Part shown: in pieces, positions 27,365 through 35,066 of the stretch
How positions within the stretch are numbered: the stretch's first letter is position 1
How the letters are laid out: each line of letters begins with the position of its first letter
Source of the DNA: a virus
Lineage: Duplodnaviria > Caudoviricetes
Reading direction: 5' to 3' (one strand)
Virus record (IMG/VR): IMGVR_UViG_3300047545_000326
Location: 1 to 38,296 of that record
Length of the DNA: 38,296 nucleotides
Program-made: the position numbers and the translations under genes
Notes under the pieces: model-generated
Seen by the model: the letters and a program-made list of their open reading frames with translations, nothing else
Told to the model about the DNA's origin: nothing
The model's database searches: none

Positions 27365-28523
27365 AAACTACGCAATTGGTGCTAGAGTGGTTCGTGGTCC
27401 TTCGTGGAAAACTTATTGGGAAGATCAAGATGAAGGATCTCTTTGTGGTATAATAAAAAAACCTAGTATGACTCAAAAATGGATGATTGTAAGTTGGATT
27501 GATAGAATAGGTAAAATGTTAAGAGAGAATGCATATCCAATTGATACACCAGCTCTTCAATTTTACAACAAAGCTCCTTTGTACGAAAGAGGGATGAAAA
27601 TAAAGGTGTGTGATGAAGGAGAGTGTCAAGGTGATGGATTTTTACACAAGCCTACAGGTGACGTAGAAGAAATTACTGGCGTTGCTAATGATGAAGGTGA
27701 AATCTTAGACATCATATGGCTTAACGATAAGTATTATTACAATCTCAGTTGTCATGAGAAAAATGTTTCTTACATTGCTGAAGATGCTCTTATTCCTTTA
27801 GATGAAAAGCCACAACCTAAGTTTAAGGTGGGTGATGTGGTTTATATGATTAAAGAACATCCTGCATCATTAGTAGCAAAGACACACATTGCAAATATAG
27901 CCAAATACACAACTACATCTTTCAGTATAGGTGAATCTATAGGACAAGTAAAACAGGTTATATATTCTGATCTTCAGAAATGCTATTACTATTGTACAGG
28001 AAGTTCTACATCCTACAGAGAGGAATGTTTGGCTCTGCAATATGAATCAAAACCACAGTCTAAATACAAGGTGGGTGAGATACTTTATATGAAAGATCGT
28101 AGACATCCACAATGTGTAGTGTCTAAACAAGATTTAGAAGATGGAAAACCTGATTTTAATACATCATCTCTTCCTTCTGGAGACGATTTAGGAAAGGTTA
28201 GAGAAGTCATCTATTGTGAGCAGAATTCAAGCTACTACTATCTATCTGATCGTTACTTTCCCAATTGCTATCTAGAAGATGCTATACAACTAGCTAATGA
28301 ACCAAAATCACTTGTAAAAGAAAAACAAACAACTATTATTAATAATCAAAAACCAAAACAAAATGGCACAGAACAAAGCACAACAGGTAAAACAATTGAA
28401 GTATGCGACTCTATTGAGTCAATCCCAGTCGGAAAAAGATCAACAGGAACTGTCATTCAGGGTGGAGGAAGCAACCCATCAGTTGTCAGCAGACCTGTTA
28501 GCTACAAAGCGATCACTTGCTGA
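27348..28523 (+). CDS. Multidomain protein: MIB-HERC2-like N-terminus plus repeated K(F/Y)KVG(D/E) SH3-like modules
   Basis: IGARVVRGPSWKTYWEDQDEG...GII...W..V.W, followed by three internal repeats ending YY...E(D/E)(A/C)(L/I). ATG 27348 is preferred to the TTG at 27330. Confidence 0.65.
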   Translation: MNVTTKNYAIGARVVRGPSWKTYWEDQDEGSLCGIIKKPSMTQKWMIVSWIDRIGKMLRENAYPIDTPALQFYNKAPLYERGMKIKVCDEGECQGDGFLHKPTGDVEEITGVANDEGEILDIIWLNDKYYYNLSCHEKNVSYIAEDALIPLDEKPQPKFKVGDVVYMIKEHPASLVAKTHIANIAKYTTTSFSIGESIGQVKQVIYSDLQKCYYYCTGSSTSYREECLALQYESKPQSKYKVGEILYMKDRRHPQCVVSKQDLEDGKPDFNTSSLPSGDDLGKVREVIYCEQNSSYYYLSDRYFPNCYLEDAIQLANEPKSLVKEKQTTIINNQKPKQNGTEQSTTGKTIEVCDSIESIPVGKRSTGTVIQGGGSNPSVVSRPVSYKAITC

Positions 28524-28659
28524 GGCTCAGAAGGATTTATTAAAAAGAAAAGCATCTTATCCGTTTGATACACAACGTATTATTGATGCTCAATTAAGAG
28601 TGGAAAAGCTTACTGACGCTATTGAGCGCATTGAAGCTTTACAGGCTGAATTGTTTTAA
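28363..28659 (+). CDS. Coiled-coil hypothetical protein
   Basis: 98 aa with a strong A-rich leader inside the upstream gene; followed by a terminator-like hairpin. Confidence 0.7.
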   Translation: MAQNKAQQVKQLKYATLLSQSQSEKDQQELSFRVEEATHQLSADLLATKRSLAEAQKDLLKRKASYPFDTQRIIDAQLRVEKLTDAIERIEALQAELF

Positions 28660-28665
28660 TTAACC

Positions 28666-28698
28666 AGAAAGGGCAGGCTTATGTCTGTCCTTTCTTTT
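28666..28698 (+). terminator. Intrinsic terminator-like hairpin
   Basis: AGAAAGGGCAGG...TCTGTCCTTTCT-TTT. Confidence 0.55.
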
Positions 28699-28714
28699 AA
28701 TCATTCCTTCAACA

Positions 28715-28918
28715 ATGGTAACAGAACTCACACCAGTACAAGAAAGTTCAATGGTTAATAGCGCCAGAATAGTAGCCAGACTGTGGGTGCATCACGAAAG
28801 AAGTGCTGAGAAAACAGTGGCTGATCTAGTCAAAGCTGAAATAGGTACACAAGAAGAATGTGAATACCTGTTTGAATTAACAAAATCATTCATCGATGCT
28901 CTAGGAGAGCATTTTTAA
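28715..28918 (+). CDS. Hypothetical protein
   Basis: 67-aa ORF in the operon. Confidence 0.65.
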   Translation: MVTELTPVQESSMVNSARIVARLWVHHERSAEKTVADLVKAEIGTQEECEYLFELTKSFIDALGEHF

Positions 28919-28939
28919 TCACCAATCAAAATTATTCCT

Positions 28940-29185
28940 ATGTTAGGACAATTAATGCCAATAGTGGCAGCAACAAAGACAGAACAAGAGCTTGTCGTAG
29001 AAGTTCACGACCTATCAAGACAGTTGGTTGAAGAACCTACAGATGAAGAAGTTAAAAAGAAACTAGCTTTCTATTGCCAAGTTTTCCTCCTTAAATTAAT
29101 GGTGGGAGATGATATGGAGAAAGCTATTCAAATGGGATCTAGAGTTGAAAAAGACGTACAAAATCGTAGAAACGAAAACCCTTAA
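28940..29185 (+). CDS. Hypothetical protein
   Basis: 81-aa ORF in the operon. Confidence 0.65.
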   Translation: MLGQLMPIVAATKTEQELVVEVHDLSRQLVEEPTDEEVKKKLAFYCQVFLLKLMVGDDMEKAIQMGSRVEKDVQNRRNENP

Positions 29186-29188
29186 GCC

Positions 29189-30403
29189 ATGCCATACTAC
29201 TATGTAAATGTTGAAAACAATCATGTGGGTATCAGTTTACTTGGAGGTGCACAAGAGGCTATAATAGAATGTAAAAATGAAGATTTTAGACATTGTAAAA
29301 TTTGTCATGTAGATTATAGAGCAGTTGATGATACAATTGGAACTTGGGGAGGTGATCCCAAAAGATGGAAGATAAAAGATGTGTTTAACAATCTTCCTGA
29401 CAGTCACGTCTTCAATGTAGGAGATAAGGTGAGACTTAAAAATCTTGTGGATGTTCATCCAGCTATTAAACATGTATACGATGGTCTAAACTTAGGTAAA
29501 ACTTATACAATTAATCTTATTCATTATTATTCAGGATGGAGTAATGAAACATATTCTGTTGTAGGAGTTGAGAGTGGATATGAAGGATGGATTCCACAAG
29601 AATTCTTTGAACTTTACGTAGAAAAGAAAGTTGTAGATGTTGACGATGAAGTAGATTTAGGTGGGCCTCAACCAAAATCTGAAGACAATAGTCCTTTTAA
29701 ACCAGGAGACAGCGTTTGGGTACACAATTATCCAGGCTCTGGAATTCCTCATCCTCTAGATAGAATAGAACAAGTTACAATAATTGATCCTAATCGTCAT
29801 CATGAAGATGATGCCAGTGGTAGTTATGTATGGACACATTTAGTTTTGTTTCAAGGTAGAATTCTTAGACTGGATAACGACAGAGCTAAGTTTTCATACT
29901 ATCATCCAAAGTATTGCACTTCTACTCTTCGTGAACGCTATCCTTATGGAGGCACTATATTCGCTGGTAGTGATAGAGAAGGTAATGGTCTTCCTGATAA
30001 TTGCGTTACTGTCAAAATAGTAAATCCTAGACATGTAAACGATATTATTAAAGGACTGTTATCAACTAATGAATGGGATCATATTGTAGAATATAAAGGC
30101 TCGTATTATCGTATCAACACTCGTACAGCATTTGGTGCAATAAATCCTTGTAAAGAAATTCCACTTCCTGAATATCTTTCTGATACAGGTGGCACAGCAA
30201 TGAAAATTGCTATGGATAGCACTCATGTAAGCTCTGCAGGTTATTGTACAGGAGAATATCCATTTTATTCATCAACTGAAACTACTACTAGTATAATGTA
30301 TCCACAGATTCCAAGTGAAGCCTACCAAACATCTCAATCAAAATTAAAAGCTTTAAAACAACAAAAACCAATCACTTTAAAAACAAAAAAATCATGGAAA
30401 TGA
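29189..30403 (+). CDS. Multidomain hypothetical protein with F.(V/P)GD.V modules
   Basis: 404 aa with FNVGDKVRL and FKPGDSVWV, and an internal repeat V.I..P..H...W.H.V.(F/Y).G...R. Confidence 0.7.
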   Translation: MPYYYVNVENNHVGISLLGGAQEAIIECKNEDFRHCKICHVDYRAVDDTIGTWGGDPKRWKIKDVFNNLPDSHVFNVGDKVRLKNLVDVHPAIKHVYDGLNLGKTYTINLIHYYSGWSNETYSVVGVESGYEGWIPQEFFELYVEKKVVDVDDEVDLGGPQPKSEDNSPFKPGDSVWVHNYPGSGIPHPLDRIEQVTIIDPNRHHEDDASGSYVWTHLVLFQGRILRLDNDRAKFSYYHPKYCTSTLRERYPYGGTIFAGSDREGNGLPDNCVTVKIVNPRHVNDIIKGLLSTNEWDHIVEYKGSYYRINTRTAFGAINPCKEIPLPEYLSDTGGTAMKIAMDSTHVSSAGYCTGEYPFYSSTETTTSIMYPQIPSEAYQTSQSKLKALKQQKPITLKTKKSWK

Positions 30404-30735
30404 GAGAACTATCAAACTTCGTGTCAATCGTATTAGCTAAATTGACAGGTGACAAAGCAACAGAAATTGCTGCTCGTAATGAAAAGAAAGCTCGTGCTGC
30501 CTTAAAAGGACAAATCAGTTCTTTGGAAAGTGAGCAAGTGAATCTTGAAGAAAGAGTGGAAGAGTGCAAGGAAGCATTACAAAATGCTATCTATCGCACA
30601 CAACCAATCACTTCTTCAGAAGCATACATTAATGGTATTGCTGATGCTCAGGAGGATCTAGATGAAGCTGAGGAAGCATTGGAAGATAACAAGAATTCTA
30701 TTGAGTATTACAAGAATCTGTTAGCCAAATTGTAA
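30394..30735 (+). CDS. Coiled-coil hypothetical protein
   Basis: 113 aa, heptad-rich, followed by a hairpin at about 30743-30780. Confidence 0.75.
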   Translation: MEMRELSNFVSIVLAKLTGDKATEIAARNEKKARAALKGQISSLESEQVNLEERVEECKEALQNAIYRTQPITSSEAYINGIADAQEDLDEAEEALEDNKNSIEYYKNLLAKL

Positions 30736-30800
30736 TTTTACTGTCTCCTGCCATTATACAATATGGTGGGAGACTATTTTAATCATCAAAATGTAGACGT

Positions 30801-30941
30801 ATGACAGCAATAGATGCAGCGATAATACTCGTTAAACTAAGAATGAAACCTCGTGGACCAATTAAAACAAAACACCATGAAATTACTCATCCTAAGCGTT
30901 CTGTACTTTATTTTATTGTACGTCGCTTACAAAACCTTTAG
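30801..30941 (+). CDS. Small hypothetical protein (46 aa)
   Basis: Manual translation MTAIDAAIILVKLRMKPRGPIK...RRLQNL*. Confidence 0.4.
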   Translation: MTAIDAAIILVKLRMKPRGPIKTKHHEITHPKRSVLYFIVRRLQNL

Positions 30942-30946
30942 ACACC

Positions 30947-31093
30947 ATGAAAAGAATAACCTTAACCCCTAGCGAATTTTACACATTCAAAGAACTAGCA
31001 AACCAAATTAAACTATTTTTCACTCATTTTGTATCCAAAGGATATGTTATCGTGGATGCAGATGAGCAAGCTCTTAATGGTTTGGGTTATTGA
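30947..31093 (+). CDS. Small hypothetical protein (48 aa)
   Basis: Manual translation MKRITLTPSEFYTFKELANQIKLFFTHFVSKGYVIVDADEQALNGLGY*. Confidence 0.55.
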   Translation: MKRITLTPSEFYTFKELANQIKLFFTHFVSKGYVIVDADEQALNGLGY

Positions 31094-31106
31094 TGGTGAA
31101 TGTGAG

Positions 31107-31146
31107 AAAAACAGCCCTGAAATATGGGCTGTTTTTATTATCTTTG
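31107..31146 (+). promoter_or_regulatory. Terminator-like hairpin followed by a -7 promoter box for the tmRNA
   Basis: AAAAACAGCCC...GGGCTGTTTTT (31107-31136), then TATCTTTG (TAnnTTTG, 31139-31146) 11 nt before the tmRNA 5' end. Confidence 0.55.
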
Positions 31147-31157
31147 TAAAAATTTAT

Positions 31158-31711
31158 GGGCCCGTTACTTGGCATTTGATTTAAATGTGATGGGTATATA
31201 CACATGCAGGCATTTGGGTATACTGCCTTAGAAGATACCAAAAAAACAAACGACAACAACAAAAGTTCTCGTATCGCAGATGGTGCTCGCATCATCAACA
31301 TGGCTTTCGCTAACGCTCCTGTAGCAGTAGCAGCCTAGTCAGGATCGGGGTTGGTAACTGACCTTGTTACCCAATAGTTACATGATGAGTAGTAATACTC
31401 AACCCAGCAATGGGTAGTTGTTATGATACAGTTACAGAGACCAGGTAAGACTAACCTCTGTTATAAAAAGAGACGTGACTGAATGAACAGCGTAAACGAG
31501 TGTTTTCTTAGTTGTACCCTGTTAATAAAAACAACTAGGTGGTGGATCGGACCATAACATGGTCAGCCCTTACGGTGCAGTATCACAATAGCAGAAAGCA
31601 AGTCCCATTATCTGTAGTTTAAAGGGCAGTACGGTGATACAGTACTAAGCATGTGATACGTTGTATATATGTATCCTTTTAAAGACAGCGGTTCGAATCC
31701 GCTCGGGTCCA
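31158..31711 (+). ncRNA. ssrA: tmRNA (transfer-messenger RNA)
   Basis: Acceptor stem GGGCCCG (31158-64)/CGGGTCC (31704-10) with G3:U Ala determinant and discriminator A. T-arm AGCGG-TTCGAAT-CCGCT. Helix 2 pairing CACATGC/GCATGTG. Pseudoknot-1-like AGGCA/TGCCT plus GGTA/TACC. Tag frame 31252-31338 reads DNNKSSRIADGARIINMAFANAPVAVAA*. CCA is not encoded. Confidence 0.92.
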
Positions 31712-31758
31712 CGACAATTCTGTTCAGAATTGTATTTTTTTATTTTATACGCATTTTC

Positions 31759-31787
31759 CCTCTAGTGTATCTACACTGGAGGTTTTT
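31759..31787 (+). terminator. Intrinsic terminator-like hairpin after the tmRNA
   Basis: CCTCTAGTGT-ATCT-ACACTGGAGG-TTTTT. Confidence 0.65.
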
Positions 31788-31812
31788 ATTTTTAACATTA
31801 AAACCAATCAAT

Positions 31813-32190
31813 ATGTCACAAAAACAAAAAGACTATTTAATCATCAACCGTGCCAAATGGAGAACTGGTCAAGATGGTGAAACAGAAACAGGAAAAGGAG
31901 ACACACAGCTTCTTAATAAAGAAGGATATATGTGTTGTCTAGGATTTAGATGTCAACAAATGGGTGTTCCTAGAAAATTATTATTAGAAGAAGGTACTCC
32001 TGGTTGTATTAGAGGTTGGGACATTCCTGATCTTATAGATGATGATGGAGATAATACAGAATTCTCTCAAACAGCTATGGAACTTAATGATGCTCAGGAT
32101 ATGTCACGCATAACACGTGAAAGAAAGATTAAAGCTCATTTTGAAACTATTGGTGTAACAGTTGAATTCATAGGAGACTATAAAAAGTAA
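31813..32190 (+). CDS. Hypothetical protein with MCCLG motif
   Basis: Likely start ATG 31813 (MSQKQKDY...). The track start at 31669 overlaps the tmRNA and terminator. Confidence 0.75.
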   Translation: MSQKQKDYLIINRAKWRTGQDGETETGKGDTQLLNKEGYMCCLGFRCQQMGVPRKLLLEEGTPGCIRGWDIPDLIDDDGDNTEFSQTAMELNDAQDMSRITRERKIKAHFETIGVTVEFIGDYKK

Positions 32191-32214
32191 TTATTCATCA
32201 TTAAATAACACAAA

Positions 32215-32751
32215 ATGAAAAAACCAAATATTGACTATGTCAGTGTCCTTGATGATATTAAGGATATTGACGAGCGCAACAAAGCGTTTGACAAGCTTTC
32301 TAAGGAAGGAAAACGATTAGAAATTGCCTGGGACATGTTAAAACTTCTTATGAGTGGAGTTGTTAAACCTTCAAATGGACATTATTGGAATCCTGAACTG
32401 ATGAGAGTTGCTGATAGTTGCTTCAATTCTAAAGAACTTCAGAAGGAGTTTAATGACAAAAAGAATATCAAAGGATGTTCTGTATGTGCCAGAGGTGGAT
32501 TAATGCTGTCTCAAATAAGACTTGGGAACAGTGTAAATCCTAATGATACATGGTTTAGAGACAAAGGATCTTCTGAAAATCTAAAAGGATTCTCATGGAT
32601 TTCTATGAGAAAAATGGAAAATGAATATGAGCACTGTACATATCGTCATCCATATCGAGACAACACAACTCATAAACTTATGAACATTCTTTGTAATGTT
32701 CTCGTAAATGGAGACTTCAAAGTTTCTGATAAAACAGATTATTTAATTTAA
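32215..32751 (+). CDS. Hypothetical protein with C.VCA.GG motif
   Basis: 178 aa with A-rich leader. Confidence 0.75.
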   Translation: MKKPNIDYVSVLDDIKDIDERNKAFDKLSKEGKRLEIAWDMLKLLMSGVVKPSNGHYWNPELMRVADSCFNSKELQKEFNDKKNIKGCSVCARGGLMLSQIRLGNSVNPNDTWFRDKGSSENLKGFSWISMRKMENEYEHCTYRHPYRDNTTHKLMNILCNVLVNGDFKVSDKTDYLI

Positions 32752-32807
32752 TTTTACAATAAGAGCCATCTTCATCCCCCTCAGGTGGCTCTTTTAAATC
32801 CATTCTC

Positions 32808-32891
32808 ATGTCAAACAACAACAAAATAAACGACATATTAGTAGGGGTGCTATTCTTCCTTTTATTAATTACATTAATTGTCTTATTATGA
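32808..32891 (+). CDS. Small membrane peptide (27 aa)
   Basis: MSNNNKINDILVGVLFFLLLITLIVLL*; ATGA overlap with the gene at 32888. Confidence 0.5.
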   Translation: MSNNNKINDILVGVLFFLLLITLIVLL

Positions 32892-33157
32892 GCATCTACA
32901 TAACACAACAACAGAAAGAAGAGTGGGAGCTTAAGATAAATAGTTTACAATTAGCAGTAAAGACATCTGAAACTGCTCAAGATTATATTAGAGCTGGTTT
33001 AGAACATGCTGAATTAAAAATTTATCAAGAACTTCTATCTAAAACAATAGTGTTACCTGTTGAAGAGAGTTGGGAAGATACCTTAAGTAATACAGAAGTA
33101 ACTGACTGTATCTATTCTAACAAAATGAATTATCCTAACGGAGTAATCATAAAATAA
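32888..33157 (+). CDS. Hypothetical protein
   Basis: 89-aa ORF in the operon. Confidence 0.7.
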   Translation: MSIYITQQQKEEWELKINSLQLAVKTSETAQDYIRAGLEHAELKIYQELLSKTIVLPVEESWEDTLSNTEVTDCIYSNKMNYPNGVIIK

Positions 33158-33162
33158 CAATC

Positions 33163-33753
33163 ATGAAAGCATATCTATACAAACTAAAAGAAGGGTGGGT
33201 ACTTTGTTCTAAAGAGTACATAGAACCAAGCAGCCTTTACTTAAACAACGGTGTATTATTTACTTCTGATTGTACTTATGATGAAGGTAACGACCCTAAT
33301 AGTTCCAATCCAAGAACAACAGATCATAACTATAAAGTCCTCACACAATCACCTGACTTCTCTTTACTATCAGAAGAAGATGCTAAGAGTGTAGGTATTT
33401 ATTACGAACCAGTAGTTGAAGCTATAGATAGAGTCTGGTCCTACTTAAATGCTTTAGGGTACTTTACTAGTCCAACTGATGAAGGTAGAGTTGTTGAGAA
33501 CTTACTTATTCAAGCAAGAATACGTTCACGAGAACTTACAGCAGATAGAAGGTTTACAGAGGAGGATATGATAAACTTTGCTGAGAAGTGCATGGTTATT
33601 TCTAATGAAACTGATACTATAGGTAGACTAAGAAGGTTTATTGAAAAGCAATTTCAATCCCTATCCCAACCTAAATCATGGGAAGTAGAGTATGAGGAAG
33701 TGGGTGGGGTGTATAAGGTGGTTGAAATTATTAAACCGCAATTATTGCAATAA
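33163..33753 (+). CDS. Hypothetical protein; 3' end runs into the cassette-array flank
   Basis: 196 aa; the last codons (from 33734) match sequence at 34884 onward. Confidence 0.7.
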   Translation: MKAYLYKLKEGWVLCSKEYIEPSSLYLNNGVLFTSDCTYDEGNDPNSSNPRTTDHNYKVLTQSPDFSLLSEEDAKSVGIYYEPVVEAIDRVWSYLNALGYFTSPTDEGRVVENLLIQARIRSRELTADRRFTEEDMINFAEKCMVISNETDTIGRLRRFIEKQFQSLSQPKSWEVEYEEVGGVYKVVEIIKPQLLQ

Positions 33754-33791
33754 TCGCATGCCTGTTTATAGCAGGTTATATTCAAAACTTA

Positions 33792-33916
33792 TAACGTAGA
33801 AGTATTGCCGAAGGTGGGGCATTGTACCACTAATGTTTAATTGAAATACAAAACTTGAAAATATGCAAAATGTTGATTTGAAAAACGAAACCCCCACTTT
33901 TGGCAATACAGTGTTA
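33792..33916 (+). repeat. attC-like hairpin element A0
   Basis: TAAC-N6-GTATTGCCGAAGGTGGGG...CCCCACTTTTGGCAATAC-N3-GTTA; 18-bp stem with 2 G:T pairs; ATG 33863 lies in the loop. Confidence 0.8.
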
Positions 33917-34213
33917 CCTGCCGTTTTTTGTCGGGAGGAAGAACAATTAATTGCTAATTATATGGGTGAAGGAGCTGTTGGTGGGTATCATAAAAGTTGG
34001 GACTGGTTAATGCCCGTTGTGGTAAAGATAAACGCTAACGGATTTCACTTTTTTTGGGAAGATTATGTGGTAAAAATATGTAGATGGTCTGACGGCACTG
34101 GAAGCATAAGTAAAGAAAGTTTCTTTAAAAGTGAAGATGCGTTCAAAGCAGTTTATAAATGCGTTGTTGATTTTTTAAAGGAGTGTTACCCTTTTGAGCA
34201 AAATGGCAGGTAA
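33863..34213 (+). CDS. Cassette-borne hypothetical protein (YHKSWDWLMPVV motif)
   Basis: 116 aa; starts inside element A0, and its stop TAA is the TAAC of element A1. Confidence 0.75.
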   Translation: MQNVDLKNETPTFGNTVLPAVFCREEEQLIANYMGEGAVGGYHKSWDWLMPVVVKINANGFHFFWEDYVVKICRWSDGTGSISKESFFKSEDAFKAVYKCVVDFLKECYPFEQNGR

Positions 34214-34337
34214 CGCTTTAGCGGTTGGCGTTCGTTGCCGACTTTGAAACACGAACCTTCACTTAAAAACAAAATTTGATATGGAAAACAACATTGCAAC
34301 AAACCACGAAAACGGCAATGACGCTAACCGCTTGTTA
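34211..34337 (+). repeat. attC-like hairpin element A1
   Basis: TAAC-N5-AGCGGTTGGCGTTCGTTGCCG...CGGCAATGACGCTAACCGCT-T-GTTA; one bulged T and 2 G:T pairs; ATG 34281 lies in the loop. Confidence 0.8.
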
Positions 34338-34481
34338 GCGGTAGTGCCTTGTAAGCGACATAAGCCAAAACAGCTTGAATATGTAGCTTGGCACGAATGG
34401 GCTAATAAAATGTACAAACAAGGTAGAGAGCAAAAACAATGTGATAAATGCGGCAGGTGGTATTTCAAGTCGGAGTTCTGA
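34281..34481 (+). CDS. Cassette-borne small zinc-binding-like protein
   Basis: 66 aa with C..H...WHEWA...QCDKCGRW. Confidence 0.7.
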   Translation: MENNIATNHENGNDANRLLAVVPCKRHKPKQLEYVAWHEWANKMYKQGREQKQCDKCGRWYFKSEF

Positions 34482-34493
34482 TGGCATTACCGC

Positions 34494-34545
34494 TAACACG
34501 CCGATTGACGCAACTCAGTTATACTTTTTAAATTGTCAAAACTTA
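34494..34545. repeat. Array right-boundary site, copy 1 (attI-like candidate)
   Basis: TAACACGCCGATTGACGCAACTCAGTTATACTTTTTAAATTGTCAAAACTTA; 45/52 identical to 37467-37518; no long hairpin. Confidence 0.7.
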
Positions 34546-34630
34546 TAAACAATCCTATCAACAAAATGCTGCTAAATAAGTAAGTTTTAGCGGATAGAAT
34601 GATGATAGAAATAACCAAAATCTTTAACTT

Positions 34631-34867
34631 ATGAAAAAGAAACAGACGGCAGTGCAATGGCTAAGTGAACGGTTAATAGATATACTTGGCGATAAGTGCA
34701 ATAATCTTACGCAAGAGCAAACATTAGCCAATCATTACGCATTTAAACAAGCCCTACAAATGGAACGTAAGCAGATAATAAATTCATATATAAGTGGTGA
34801 TTCAATGGAAGGCAGAGCCAATTTAATTGATGCAGAACAATACTACACCCAAACCTTTAACAAATGA
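34631..34867 (+). CDS. Hypothetical protein (KQTAV.WL...A..ME..QI...AEQYY..TF type)
   Basis: 78 aa; a pattern I associate with Bacteroidota phages. Lies between the two arrays. Confidence 0.75.
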   Translation: MKKKQTAVQWLSERLIDILGDKCNNLTQEQTLANHYAFKQALQMERKQIINSYISGDSMEGRANLIDAEQYYTQTFNK

Positions 34868-34944
34868 AAGACTTAAAACCATCAACCGCAATTATTGGTA
34901 TCTTAATTTGCCTTGCAATAGCAGGTTATATTCAAAACTTGTAA
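34864..34944 (+). CDS. Small hydrophobic peptide (26 aa) forming the left flank of array B
   Basis: MKDLKPSTAIIGILICLAIAGYIQNL*; ATGA overlap with the upstream gene; its stop is the TAAC of element B0. A 5'-truncated homologue lies at 33735-33794. Confidence 0.6.
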   Translation: MKDLKPSTAIIGILICLAIAGYIQNL

Positions 34945-35066
34945 CGTAAAAGCATTGCCGATGGTGGGGCATTGTACCACCGAAGTTTAATTGAAAAACA
35001 AAAGTTCAAAATATGCAAAAAGATAAATTGAAAAACGTCAGCCCCACTATTGGCAATGCAGTGTTA
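34942..35066 (+). repeat. attC-like hairpin element B0 (homologue of A0)
   Basis: GCATTGCCGATGGTGGGGC...GCCCCACTATTGGCAATGC; two compensatory pair changes relative to A0; ATG 35013 lies in the loop. Confidence 0.8.

Larger units (their letters stand above)
33792..34545 (+). mobile_element. Integron-like cassette array A (2 hairpin elements, 2 bodies, terminal site)
   Basis: Alternating TAAC..GTTA hairpins and bodies with body-specific terminal inverted repeats; see the findings. Confidence 0.7.

Noticed and set aside
27700-30130. Diversity-generating retroelement template/variable repeats in the repeated-domain genes
   Set aside because: The repeats are diverged at the protein level with no adenine-specific mismatch pattern, and no reverse transcriptase is in the window.
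31684-31714. Stand-alone tRNA gene suggested by GGTTCGAATCC
   Set aside because: There is no local anticodon arm. The acceptor partner is about 550 nt upstream with a tag frame in between, so it is a tmRNA.
31074-31812. ORF 31074..31301 (-) and the 5' extension of ORF 31669..32190
   Set aside because: Both overlap the tmRNA or its terminator. The real CDS most likely starts at ATG 31813.
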